Source: Phoronis australis
Lineage: Eukaryota > Animalia > Phoronida
Length of the DNA stretch: 64,000 bases
Reading direction: 5' to 3'
Assembly (NCBI GenBank): GCA_002633005.1
Contig: NMRA01000011.1
Coordinates: 299,451 to 363,450 of the forward strand
Made by a program: the position numbers and the translations under genes. The notes below the pieces were generated by a model. The model was not told where the DNA came from. It did not search any database and worked only from the letters and a program-made list of their open reading frames with translations. Below, in pieces: positions 51,012 through 63,764 of the stretch (positions are counted from its first letter, which is position 1; each line of letters begins with the position of its first letter).

Positions 51012-54000
51012 GTTTACGCTTTCCGATAATACCCTTTGTTCGCTTCAGTGTGTTCCAGTGGACGGATTCGCTATAGTAAAGGGCAACCGCAAACGAAACT
51101 GAGCTACGTCCCTTTATTAATTAATTAAAATTAGCTCAGCTCAGGTCAAGTCTGCGGCGAAAGTGAATTGTTGAGAGGATTTTGCCTCGTGGGTGGGTGA
51201 GGGCGAATGTCTTACGTCCTGTTCAGTGGCCAGTTTAGAGTTTTGTAAGACGCTAAAATCTCAACAAAGAAGCTAGCGATCACGTGTCTCGCTTGTCAAA
51301 CACATGGCAATATCTCGCGAAGTCTTGCCGTGTTCTTGAGTTTTCGTAGATTTTCGTCTATACGGAATGCACGCCTGGTGACCATACATTATCACAACAT
51401 GCAGGCGATCAGGTGAGCTAAGAGCTTACCTTCGACAGCCAATTAAAATTAATTGCTGCATCGCCGGACAACAACAAATCTTTCTCGTTGGCTCATTCTA
51501 ACCATGAACACTGAATTTACACAGGTCAGTGAGCATTTTACTCGCCTTGTGCGGGTAAGCGGCATAGGGCTGTGAGCAGATCTGTAATTGAGGATGAGAA
51601 CTCAGCACGCAGTTACTGGTCTGCGCTCGCGCTAAGACTTGAACAAATATTCACCGGTGACGTCCTCAGCAGAATATCAGGGTAGGATCTCGTTGACAAG
51701 TCTGCGTATTTAGCCAAATAAACACCAAATGAATTTTCTTTGTATTTTGGGAATATGTAGAATGCCTGTCTTAACAAAGTTTGACTTTAAACTTGTATAA
51801 GACTATAAAAGGATGTCCATACTTGACTAAATTCGAACATTGTATCTCAGAAATGGCTGATACCATGCCAAGGAATTGTTTTTAAAGTGTTCCACTTTTG
51901 AACGAAGGACTATCAAAAAATGAGATTTTTATGATTTTTATTAAAAAACTCAAAATGTTGCCTAAAACAAAAATAAAATTATCAATTTAGAAAACTGCAT
52001 CAGCATTTCTGGTCATGTCATTGATTGTTATTTTGCTATGGATTTGCCTTTCTTGTTTTGCTAAGTATTACTGAAAGAGACATGGTCGTGTTACCTTATA
52101 TCAGATTGGTTAAATGTCAGAAATCAAATTGTACATGGCTTTTTACTTTCAGAAAGTTCATTTTTTGTTTTTTCCAATCTGCCCTTACTTGGGTCACGTA
52201 CTTTTTATTAAATTTAGAAAAAGAAGGTTACATTGACATCAAAAGAATAACGTCAATGACACGACCAAATTTTATTTGATAAAAACAATGCAATTTATTT
52301 TTTCATTAAAAACATAAAAGTACTATTTTGATACATTTCATGAAAAATGGAACGTTTTAAAAGTAATTCCTAATAGCGTTGTGGAGAACACTGTACAAAG
52401 CACATTATCTCAAAGTCTTTGTATGAAACCGATCAGATGTGATGTTCACGGGATAAGCCAAATTTGGACATGATTTTTCGAGAGTCCTTCATAACCTACG
52501 GGCGTGACAGTCACTGCTCTAAAATTCTTTTCACTGTAATCTTGGACTGAAACAAAAAATGCCTTAAGGAACGACTGGCGTTGGTTCACTCGTTTTACTT
52601 TCTTCTTCGTCCCGTGGCCGAAGGTGTATTCAGCAGTTTTTATCATTATCAAAAAACAAATAATATTCCGACCAGTAAGAGTGAATCTGTTGTTGGCGCC
52701 GTGTTTTGTTCTCGTTAAATTTTATTTAACTTATACTCTGAAACATTCTTGAATTAATTCTTGAAGTTACAATTCCTTTCCACTTGTTGCATTGGCGTGT
52801 AACCAAAAGTTGGTAACAAGCTGGAGACCATCAACAAGACTCAAGTAATTTTCTAAAAGAGTAGCCTCCGTGCCCATTCAAACCTGTAATCCCGGCGGCC
52901 GCAATAACGCTCTGAGCTAAACCACACTGGATAAATGACAGAGTGTTATAAAAGGATACTAAGCCCTGTTTGGGCCTAAAAACCGATTTATCTATCCAAT
53001 TCTCTGAACCAAATAATGCACTGTAACACCCCCCCCCCTCCCCCCGACAACCCTCAAAAGTTCGGAGGACATTTTGAAAACTCTTTTCAAAACGTGGCCT
53101 CGCTTTTAGCGAATAACACGGCAACTGTGGGGAACGACCACCTACCAAGAATCATAATGTCCTATAGGGATTCAGTATTTAGCCGGCTCTCAGTGTTTTT
53201 ATCGTCCAAGATTAACGCCATTGGTGCATTAGTAGGTGAGAGAACGATGATTGGCTTAAATCATTAAAACATGGTTTGGTACCTTTAAGCATATTTAACT
53301 GGTAAAGTCAGCAATTGCGTGGCATACAACGGTGAGAATTGGCCATTTGTAATAAAATCACAAAAACACAGTGGATTTGTTTTATAGCTGTGCTCAAAGC
53401 TAATTTCAAAAAGTCTATCCAATCCAACGAGGATCCCAAAATTGCGCTCATGTACTGAGATTGCAATCCGCCTCGCAATTGTGCAGATTTTTTACTATGA
53501 TATACTAATAAAGTGTGTGCTAAAAATACTACCACTCCGGAGACCCTCGCTCGGTCACAAATGGTTGTCGATCGTTTTCGTTTTTTGAAATTTTATTTCT
53601 GTTGAAATAACGCGTTACCTCCCAATTTGACATCTGCACTTCCGGTTTATTATGAAAAATAAATCCGTTTTTTCAATGTTGGGCGCATTGTCCGCTTCAT
53701 GCATTAGCTTTCAGTCAAAAAACTGTAGAAAATCAGGCTACTATGCAACCCAAAATGCATTTTATGAGTACTTACAAACACGTACGTTGCCACTAGTCTA
53801 AGTTGCGTCGCATTTGGTTACAATATAGACCTACGGTCACGTTACTGCCAACGTTCGTGCATTGCATTTCCACTAGTTTTAGAGGAAAACCAATAGCGGA
53901 TTATGTAATTTAGACTTATACCAATACCTTGATGCAGGTAATGACGGGTGTGTGAACGAACTGCACTGAAGAGTATTATTGCCGAACCCCCGGTTGCCGC

Positions 54001-54427
54001 ACGGAACGTGTATAAACTCGCTGGGAATTTTTAGGGTGTGTCAAAATGACAAGACTGGTCAAATTTTTAGCAACGTACGTTAATTTCAAAAAACGCTTTG
54101 CAGTAACGTCCCTGCATCGTAACTGTAACAATGATTCGAAGTCAAATCGAACTTAACATAACACTTATGTACAAGAAAGAGCTTGTAAAGTGAGTGTATG
54201 GGCCTACACATGAAATGCAAGGACTACACATCATAAGTGAAATGCAGACGAGTGGCACTCCTGCATAAATTGCATTCATTTTCACATCTGTGGGAGATAA
54301 AAGAATGAGGTCACTGGCTCACGAAACATGTGACGCTTCCTATGGGTCAACGGAATTTAAGTACATTTGTCATCTGTACAACCACTGCACACCGATAATG
54401 TAGGCGTCGCGAAACTCCTTGTGAATT

Positions 54428-54865
54428 CCCGTGTTAGGTTGCATGAAAATGTCCCAAATAGGGACTCAACTAAGTTCCTTAAATCTTTTGCGTACTTGTT
54501 TCGTTCTTTACTCACTGATGTAATATTTTTCTGTCATTTTATCTTTCTTATGAGGTACTCTTTGACCAAGGACATTTTATAATAATATAACTGAAACTGA
54601 GGCCTTAGTTCAGTCAAAATAAATAGGGACTTAGTCCTTAAATTAGGCACGTTGGAGGAAACGATCCATAATTAATTTCAAATAATAAAAATGATAATTC
54701 AACGAAGAGTTCACTCTCGATTTGTATCAAAATTTGACTTAGTAATGAGACTTAAAAAGCATAAGAAAGGACAATCAGTGTTTTCACAAGTCCACAAATA
54801 CGCAGTAGATTTAGGGAGCTTAGTTGAGTCCCGATTTGGGACTGTTTCATGCGAACAGGCACTGG
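54428..54865. mobile_element. MITE with about 70-bp TIRs
   Basis: gcatgaaaatgtcccaaatagggactcaactaag vs reverse complement gcatgaaacagtcccaaatcgggactcaactaag. This explains the mirror ORFs HENVPNRDSTK and HETVPNRDSTK. Confidence 0.7.
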
Positions 54866-57800
54866 ATTTTTCTCCGAGGTAATTACCACCACGCAATCGA
54901 TGGTGGTGCACATAAGTTTTACACCCGACGTCAGTTGATTCACGCGTGCGATGAGCTCGCAAATTGGTTCATGCTGCGTTTAACCCGACCGACTGGCATG
55001 AATATCCGTGAAACAATCTAATTCGATTAGGCAATAATCGATAATATTTATTGGCCTGACCGGAAATGATAGCTGTGGTTTTGTTTCCTCGCTAATTATC
55101 CCATTATTGTTAATTACATTAAGTAATTAATATCGATAAACTTTTTAGTGACACAGATTATTGTGAACCTTAATTAGGTTGTCTGTATGAGAAAACGGCC
55201 AATTGTTCGCAACAAAACATCAAATCAACAATCGGGTAATTAAGTGGATTTTAATTAAGACCAATTAATCCCATAATTGTTGTTCGCTAATGTTATATCG
55301 ATACAGTTATTAATTGGTTATGTTTATCCCAGGAGTCGATGTTGAATGAAAATAGCTCAAAGGCTTCATAAAAAGTTCCTGTGCTCTTATGGTGTGTCTC
55401 AATCTGCGGTAACTTATACATTGCAAGTTTTTGTTAATTGAAACGAATAATGAGCACCTTACGCAATAGCAATTAACCCAGTTCTTCCAAACAACAACAG
55501 ATGGCAGTCCTGTGCCTTGCTTACTGTGAATGATAACAAGACACGTTGAGGTATATTTACCTTTAGACTATGCAAACACTTAAGACTTCACCTAGGTATT
55601 TTTGAAGCAGATGCCTTGAGCAATTTTATCAATAGAACTGAAATGTGTAAAGAAATGAAATACAGGGTGTCCCACTAAAATAACCTGAAACATGAGAACA
55701 ACGAAATGCTTTTACTGGGAGCGAATGTTGATTTTCTCAGTTCCGCAATTCGAAAGCTTATTACACTAGGCGTTCAAGATGCCACATTTGATTTTTAATT
55801 CTAAGAATGAAAACTGTCGAATTTTGGCAAAACACGCATTCAGTTGAACAGGTTCATCGCAAGTATCGAAGAATTTTAGTCGCGGCAGCTAACGCGCCAA
55901 CTCGGAGATCAGTTAAAGCGGCAAAACTGCATGAAACCGAGTTCCATAAAGGAGCAAACTTTCAACTTTGAACACTTGCCGCTATGCAACTGATCTCAAC
56001 TTGTTCCAAACTGAGAAGAAAAGTGGTTACTGGACTGAAAAGATTGTCAAATCGTTATTGGCTATGATGTTGAGACCACGACCTCATGGAGACTCTTTTA
56101 GACTCGGAATTGATCATGAGATCCGACTGCATATCATATCCTTTTTCACAGGGTTGAGCTTGGTGGACCGCAAGACATTAGCTTGTACTTGTGGTGAAAA
56201 AAATCTTTGCTTATGGAACGGAAACGATGAATTCAGTCCCACAATGCAACCCGCCATCCAGCCTCGCTGCCAATATCACTTCAGGGGCCGCCACTTTTAA
56301 TCGGATAGGCTGTAGTAACCTCCCCGCCGAGCATGTTCGCGAAACGCTCGCCTTTCGCTTGAGTGGTTTTTCGAGATCTGGCGAAATAGGACCTTGCTTT
56401 TCTCACTAGAAAATAGGTCATCTACGGGACACTCTACTATCGAAAAGACTTGTGGAAGATGAGTACCGTTCTGTTTGTGTCTGTGTCGTATAAGCCTATT
56501 CTGCGTGACTTTTACTTGATGTCCGACAGGCATCGACTTGAATCAAAACAGTTTAACAGACTTCTGTCTAGGATGCCAGAACTCAGACCAACAAATCTTT
56601 GTTAAGTTTGCTTGATACTCGGTAAAAACAAATATGCACATTCAGTAATGATAAAAAATATTTATGCGATGGTTACACAAAATGATTGGCTACTTTTTTA
56701 TTTTTTTGCGAAATTTTAGGGATAACCAATACCTTACAAGGTACGTCCAGTACTGGTTCATTAATCAAAGGATGGTTGCACCAAAGATACGTGCAAGGCT
56801 TTCAAGTGTGGATGCAGAGGGGATTCGGTTCCCTTGCTAGGTCACTTTTGTGTCGCTGTAATGGAGGAATATGAAGTACCCCTTCTATCTACCCAATGTT
56901 TGACCCCTCCCCCGCGTTAGCCACTGCTGATACAAAACGTTTGTTGAAATTCTAATCCTTGAGAGTTGTTTCATTAATAATTTCAACTGCAATCCATATG
57001 ACGACTAAAATGATCATAATAGCTTGATCAAACTGAAATGTTTGGTTATACTGTAGTTGAAGTAAAATGAAATAAGCAGGTGTCGCTTTTGAGGACAAAC
57101 GTCTCGTGAGGTAATTGTTGGCTGTCAATCTCATCAGATCCTTAGGGCGCCCGTGGTCAGATTTAACGAAATTTAGCCATTTCATTAGCTAGAGAATTTC
57201 GTGAAACCGGAGCCGAATCGACAGCTTAAACTCCAAGCATCCCCGTTTCGTCGTTGTTTACTTTTTGTTTTTTGTTTGTTTTTGTTGGCCTGATTCATTG
57301 CTGTTTATGAGGTTTGCGTAATATGGTATACTTTAAAATAACGTTCGTGGTGTGTAATTTTGGTTTCTATTATATCGTGTGAGCTACCTGTATTGCTGTT
57401 GATGGAACTTGCGAACTCAATAAAACATGGTGACCTATAAAAATCAATCAATACTTCCACATTGACTTCCACGTCACGAAGTGATATTCATGTTACCATA
57501 GGGTCTATTGTACTCCGTGCCAGAGTGCTGCCTGATCAAATAAAGCTCGCAAACGTCAGAAACAGCCTCGAATAGGGTGCAAGTGCACGAATATCGATTT
57601 CTTACTGTCAACAAGTCACTCCATGTCTACACAAACAACATGTGTTCGGGAGATTTTTAATATGGTCACGCGACCCAAATTTGTCTCATCAAATTATGGA
57701 GGAGTGTGATCTCCGTTTTATTTGATCTAGGATTCAGAACGAGGCATTGTTGTGAATCCTAAATTTTACTGAGATCTGAGATCTCAATCTATTCCCATCC

Positions 57801-58648
57801 AGACACGGCAATACACTATTGGCAAAAACCTAGGTCACGACTTCCTTTTGTGTCGCAGCCCAATCCCAGGTGGTCATATTGAAACCTCAAGAAAGCATAC
57901 TATGGCTTAAATTATAGAGAAAATGATATATATCTATACACGTGGTAATCATAAATTACCCACAAAGTCTTCCCAAACATATACTTTAAGACAAAAGGCA
58001 TTTTTCTGATAAACAGACTGTCCATAATGGTTGACAGACAGATATCATAAAAATTAGGTCCGTATAGATTTTGCCCTCTGGGAATCTGAACTGGAGCACC
58101 AAACCAAAAGTCAGGCGGCGAGACCGGCTCGACTGCGAGTAAGATCATCAAGAACTGCCAAACAATATGCGGAAATTTAAAGATGCGGACATTTCGCGAG
58201 CTCGCTCATAATTTGAAAACGACCATTTTGAATCGAAATTTAAAGCTGTTGAAAATAGGTACCGAGTGCTCCGTGTGTCGTAAACATGTCAATGACTTAT
58301 GTGAATGTAACGAACATTAAATAATTTACTTCAAGGACGTTGCCTGAAAAGTCAAGTGGAAATTTGGTTTTGAAAAAAATTGGCATTCCAAACTTCAGTT
58401 CGTACTGCGTTTGCCTTCCTTGAAAAACTGTTTGCCCGTGGACTAGTGACTGATCACTGCCATTTTGCTGCCAAGAAAACCCTGACCCCGGAAAACCCTT
58501 CGAAAATCTCGGTTATCTGAAAATGTTACATAATGACGTACAAATGAAACCATTTATCAAAAGCATAAATAATCACTTGGCATTGTTCTGATGCCAGATA
58601 TTATAAAATAAGGTCACACCCCTATGTTCGTCTGAAAATACCCGCATG

Positions 58649-59488
58649 TGGAGATAACTCTGACCTGCTATCATTAAGAAAATACATGCTAGTGTTAGCT
58701 TACTAAGTAAATGAAATGCCAATTGAGTACAGCTGCCATCTATTGGCGAACCAATACACTACTGACAGTGGATCGTCTAAACATCTCTGTCTTTGATGAT
58801 GCAATCAGCTTTCGTGAAACGTTCGGGAAGGTTTTATCCAGAGGAAATATCGATACATCCCATTTTGTAATAATTTTCACACGGCGATTTTAGAATAACC
58901 GTGTGTTGCTTTAATTTACTAGACTCGTTTGTGCCATTTCGATATAGCCTCATGAGAATACGACGGTACCATATGAATTCTGCGATAAAGATAGGTATCG
59001 CTCATCATAATCGTCATTTTTCATAGGAGACGATACAAAACGCAATCCTTTTTGGCACACTAGTTCCCNTGGAGATAACTCTGACCTGCTATCATTAAGA
59101 AAATACATGCTAGTGTTAGCTTACTAAGTAAATGAAATGCCAATTCAGTACAACTGCCATCTATTGGCGAACCAATACACTACTGACAGTGGATCGTCTA
59201 AACATCTCTGTCTTTGATGATGCAATCAGCTTTCGTGAAAAGTTCGGAAGGTTTTATCCAGAGGAAATATCGATACATCCCATTTTGTAATAATTTTCAC
59301 ACGGCGATTCAAGAATAACCGTGTGTTACTTTACTTTACTAGACTCGTTTGTGCCATTTCGATATAGCCTCATGAGAATACGACGGCACCAAATGAATTC
59401 TGCGATAAAGATATGTATCGCTCATCATAATCGTCATTTTTCATAGGAGACGATACAAAACGCAATCCTTTTTGGCATACTAGTTCCC
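58649..59488. repeat. 420-bp direct duplication across N at 59069 (likely assembly overlap)
   Basis: 58649-59068 and 59070-59488 are near-identical, with a few substitutions and one indel. Confidence 0.9.
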
Positions 59489-59955
59489 CGCCACAAAGGG
59501 TAATTCTAAAAATATTAAATATTTAGTCACAAAGTGATATATATTCATTGAATAATACATAGAATATACAAAGAACTAATGACAAACCCAGAAATCGCCA
59601 AGCATTGTACATGGGTTGTAGACAATTCATAGACGAAAGTACATAGAGGTATATGCATGCATGTGGTATCTAATATAAGTATTCCAGTATTTAGATATGC
59701 TATTACGAACATATAAAACAAAAACATGTACAGATACATGTATGGAAATCAAAAACAACAATATTTATAAGCGATACATTGCTAACATTGCCTAAGAGGA
59801 ATTATTGAGAACAAGGTCAAAGTTAGGACTACCATTCAATAATAATGTAACTTTAGTAGGGATATTATTACAAGAATTGAGAGCTTTTACAATTGATTGG
59901 TTTTCATTGAGTGCACGAAAGAGTGAGTCTCTCAGGTATTCGATGAGGGGACATT

Positions 59956-60593
59956 TGAAGAAAACATGAGGATAAGATTGATGGTCACCACATTTACAGT
60001 TTGGAGAGACATTACTTAAGTTGTGCCTATACTTGTCGGAGTTGGGGAAAAGACCACATCTTGATCTGTGCTATGCTATTCCGTTATCGCGAGGAAGGGA
60101 GAATTGAGTCAGGGCTGTTGAGTTATCCAAATTATGAAAAACAGTTCTCATTTGGAGAAATTACAGTATCAAGCTGCCTTACTCATAACTGGAGCTTACA
60201 GGGGATCAAGTAGTGTTAAGGTTTTGAATAGTCTCAAGTGGCCCTAACTGTTTACTTGACGAAATCTTCACATNTGAAGAAAACATGAGGATAAGATTGA
60301 TGGTCACCACATTTACAGTTTGGAGAGACATTACTAAAGTTGTGCCTAAACTTGTCGGAGTTGAGGAAAAGACCTCATCTTGATCCTGTGATATGCTATT
60401 CCGTTATCGCGAGGAAGGGAGAATTGAGTCAGGACTGTTGAGTTATCTAAATTATGAAAAACAGTTCTCATTTGGAGAAATTACAGTATCAAGCTGCCTT
60501 ACTCATAACTGGAGCTTACAGGGGATCAAGTAGTGTTAAGGTTTTGAATAGTCTCAAGTGGCCCTAACTGTTTACTTGACGAAATGTTCACAT
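59956..60593. repeat. 318-bp direct duplication across N at 60274 (likely assembly overlap)
   Basis: 59956-60273 and 60275-60593 are near-identical. Confidence 0.9.
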
Positions 60594-61548
60594 GACCACA
60601 TTTACTTTCAAAGTAATGAACAATGTCCATGCGCGCACTCAGGCCCCCCCCATTTGGCGAAGTGGGCAAAAAGGTCCGCCTCTGAGAAACAAAAAGTCCG
60701 AGAAAATGTGACAAAAGTCCACTAAACAAGTACAAACGCGCAATTCACAGTGGTGCCCCCGTTTGTTTTTGTTTTTTTTTTATTTATTTTTTTATTATTT
60801 TAGTCCGCCCGCTTTTTTTGTTACCAAAAGGTCCATAACATCAGGAATTCGAGCCCCCCCCCCCCTCCCATATTGAAGGCTAGGTGGCGCGTGATGTCAA
60901 CAACACCTTTGTCAAAAAATGTTTGATCTATGCACTAGATACACTAGACAAGGCCATCGTGGTGGTTAGAAATCCTCCACCCCATATGCAATTATTCCGT
61001 CGTTCAGTCAGGCATTCAGAAGGTCTGCAGTTAGGATGTGTATCAACGACTGGAATTCTGATCCAGTCTCTGTTCAGGAAAGCAACTCTTTTACGAGTAT
61101 AAAATATTAGTTTTCCTCTCGAATGAATAAAGTTTACAGGCATATTACGAAAATATTAAAAATTCTCGCTGACCGTCCCCCCCCCCCCCCCCNAACTATA
61201 AAGAATCTCTGACCCACATTCGCAAGTCGCGAGCAAGTCTAACACTAACAGATGTACTGCTCTCGTGTTCATAATTTTCGAGCATTTCTGATACTTAAGT
61301 GTTACCAACTTCGACGCCAACGTCAGTTACGCTTTCCAGTTGTACAGAGAGTGCGCACACCAAGACATTTGACCAGAGAAAATTCTGCAAATACGCATTA
61401 CATCATTCTTTGCTTGTGTAATGGCCGGATAAAGGAACAGCTAAGTAATTATGAGCGCATCACACTGTATAAAATTAATTTATAGAAATTACCTCAGTAA
61501 CTTGCAGTTAGGTGTATATTCTCAGAGACTTTGTACTTTTGCTCAAGT

Positions 61549-61650
61549 AGGCCTAAGATTAGATAATTTTCAAAAACAGTTGTGTGGAGCTTAAGGCCAA
61601 GTAAGATTAAATCATTTTCAAATACAGTTGTGTGGAGGGTAAGGCCAAGT
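61549..61650. repeat. Short tandem repeat, unit about 44-48 bp, about 2.3 copies
   Basis: aggcc..taagatta..t.attttcaaa.acagttgtgtggag repeated. Confidence 0.7.
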
Positions 61651-61981
61651 ATCTTGAGTTACTTTTCTTGAAACGGACCCTTGGAAGTGACACGTGGCAA
61701 GAACCGAGAAAACAGGCAAGAATCAAGTATATCGCGAATAAAGCTAATTATTGTGTAGGGAATAGAGTAGTTACCTGTCGGCAACCTGTTTGTGTTTCTG
61801 GATCTAACTTTCGCGCCCGTCCTTCTCACAAGAACAGCCACCAGGTGGTGTTTGACAACCGCCAAGGACCACACACAGGTAGCCATGTGACACGAAGATT
61901 CTCGGTAGCACCTCGACGAAAGGGCCCAGGAAGAGCCTGTTCGTGAAAGCTAGGTCCGCAAACACAAACGCAAACAGCTGG

Positions 61982-62042
61982 TGCATTGAAAGCGAAGCAC
62001 GTTAGCACATTAAATATGCTAACGTGCTTCGCTTTCAATGCA
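61982..62042. repeat. Perfect 26-bp inverted repeat with 9-nt spacer
   Basis: tgcattgaaagcgaagcacgttagca-cattaaata-tgctaacgtgcttcgctttcaatgca. Confidence 0.95.
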
Positions 62043-62350
62043 TAAGTCGATACCTCAAAAGTCGTTAAGTGATGTTGCGTTTTCGCGAGATTTTTGTTCG
62101 CTTACGAAACGGAGCTAGAATCTTACTATCCATTGAAATTAGAGGGATATTATCGTTTTTTTAGCTGGAAAACGCAATTTTGTGATTATTGTTGAAAGTA
62201 TAGCCGTCTTGGTGTTGTCAGCTTTGACCAGTGCTATAAAACAGCAACAGTGTTTGCATTATATTATTACAAACGGCCAATTCTCTCAACATTTGTTGAA
62301 ATCTCAAGACCTGTGTCCTATACGCTTAGAATACTCTGGTATTAAACGTG

Positions 62351-62420
62351 TCCGATTCGGTTCAGCGGTAGAGCATTCGGATGCTTTATGGAGTTCGTGG
62401 GTTCGATGCCACGTCACTGC
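62351..62420 (+). pseudogene. Degenerate tRNA-like sequence
   Basis: D arm GTTC-AGCGGTA-GAGC and T arm CGTGG-GTTCGATG-CCACG (B box) are kept; acceptor and anticodon stems do not pair. Confidence 0.5.
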
Positions 62421-62471
62421 TAATTTCTGTAACTTCAAATTCTATTGGGTGTCTTCTCGTTGCATATAATT

Positions 62472-62571
62472 GGCCTCGTGGCTTAGTTGGTTAAAGCGCC
62501 TGTCTAGTATATAGTCAGAAAAGACAAAACGAGGAAACAGGAGATCGCGTGTTCAAATCACGCCGAGGCCT
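62472..62571 (+). tRNA. trnT-AGT: tRNA-Thr(AGT) with 26-nt intron (62510-62535)
   Basis: Acceptor GGCCTCG/CGAGGCC 7/7; D arm GCTT/AAGC with A box TGGCTTAGTTGG; anticodon stem CCTGT/ACAGG, loop CT-AGT-A|intron|A; T stem GCGTG/CACGC, loop TTCAAAT; discriminator T; TTTTT downstream. Confidence 0.9.
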
Positions 62572-62575
62572 GTCC

Positions 62576-62580
62576 TTTTT
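62576..62580 (+). terminator. Pol III terminator (T5) of tRNA-Thr
   Basis: TTTTT begins 5 nt after the discriminator base. Confidence 0.7.
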
Positions 62581-62694
62581 AGTTTCATAACACAGCCCAG
62601 TAAGCCTACGACTGATAATGTGGGGTCTGTCTTACTACGCTTTTTGTGCAGTCTCATCGGAGACTTGCGTTAGCAAAGTGACAACATTTGTGTG

Positions 62695-62808
62695 AAACAG
62701 TAGCAGTGACGGCACCGACAACGGTAGAGGTGACGACAACGACAACGGTAGCGGTGACGGCAACGACAGCGGCAGATGCATCGGCAACAGCAGCGACAGC
62801 GGCAGCAT
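62695..62808. repeat. Degenerate trinucleotide low-complexity tract
   Basis: gacaacggtagaggtgacgacaacgacaacggtagcggtgacggcaacgacagcgg; no splice context found. Confidence 0.6.
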
Positions 62809-63456
62809 TAGATCTACATGTCGTCGAGGTTGCAGTACAAGTCATCTGTGACAACTATCATTCCCTGTTTTAAGATGATATCATTTCTTATTGTTTTGTG
62901 CCTCAGGCTCAACATGGAAAGTCGCACTAATTTCCTAATAAAAAAGAATAAAAGATTACGAAGAGTGTCAGTAAGTAGTTGAAATGTTGTTTCCCTTATT
63001 CTTAGGGACGGTATACGGAGAACCCAATGCAAGACGTGGGTACAAGAAAAAATAAATAAATGATTGCTGTTGAATTTTTCTTTAAAAAAAACGCGCATAG
63101 CACATCATCTAATGCGAATGAAATTTCAAAACTTCAGCTTTTGACGTACAGTAGATGGCTTAAGTTTAGCTCCATCAATCGTTAGCGAGCAGAGCTGGTA
63201 AAATTAATTATCCTCAATCCTTGCTTTTGTGCCTGGATGGACACGGTCTTCTACTGTCACTAATTTTACTTGATATTTTGATTGTATTGTGGCAAAAAAG
63301 TGTTGCTCTTATTCCGACTGGCCCGTGGAGGGAACTCAGAAAAAGCAATCAGTACTGCGCGATTTTTTTCAAGTACGTATGAGCGGATATAGGAGCCCCC
63401 TCGGGGATTTGAATATAAAAACGCCGTCGGCATGCCGGTGTCATGGATTCGCCAGA

Positions 63457-63764
63457 TTAGAAGCTAAGATCTACCAAATCGCTGTCAGTGTCACATTCGG
63501 CATATTTTCTCAACACGTATGACTTGCTGTTGACGCTAATGGAGTCGTTGTTTTCAGTCCACTCTCTGTTGGAGAACACGTCATCCTGTGAAGTCACCGA
63601 CTCAGCCTGTGACGGGCTCCGTGATTGGTCCTCCTTCCAGATGACGTACGTGTAGCGCGTGCTGATCACTACGAAAACCACCAGGATCAGAAGAAGCAGC
63701 AACGCCAGACTGAACATGTAGTAACTCAAGTACTGATAGCTTGTTTTGATCCACGGACACTCTT
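63457..63764 (-). CDS. Terminal exon of an unidentified single-pass membrane protein (TM plus acidic cytoplasmic tail)
   Basis: attttgatttgtag|AA GAG TGT...; ECPWIKTSYQYLSYY-MFSLALLLLLILVVFVVI-STRY...DSDLVDLSF*. An 18-aa hydrophobic helix, then a stop; GC higher than flanks. Confidence 0.65.

Noticed and set aside
50958-61650. Short direct repeats (12-bp x3 at 50958; 44-48-bp units at 61549) as CRISPR-like arrays
   Set aside because: No unique spacers and no cas genes; eukaryotic context.
62654-62873. Thr/Ala/Val-rich mucin-like ORFs on both strands
   Set aside because: They arise from a low-complexity triplet tract with no splice signals.
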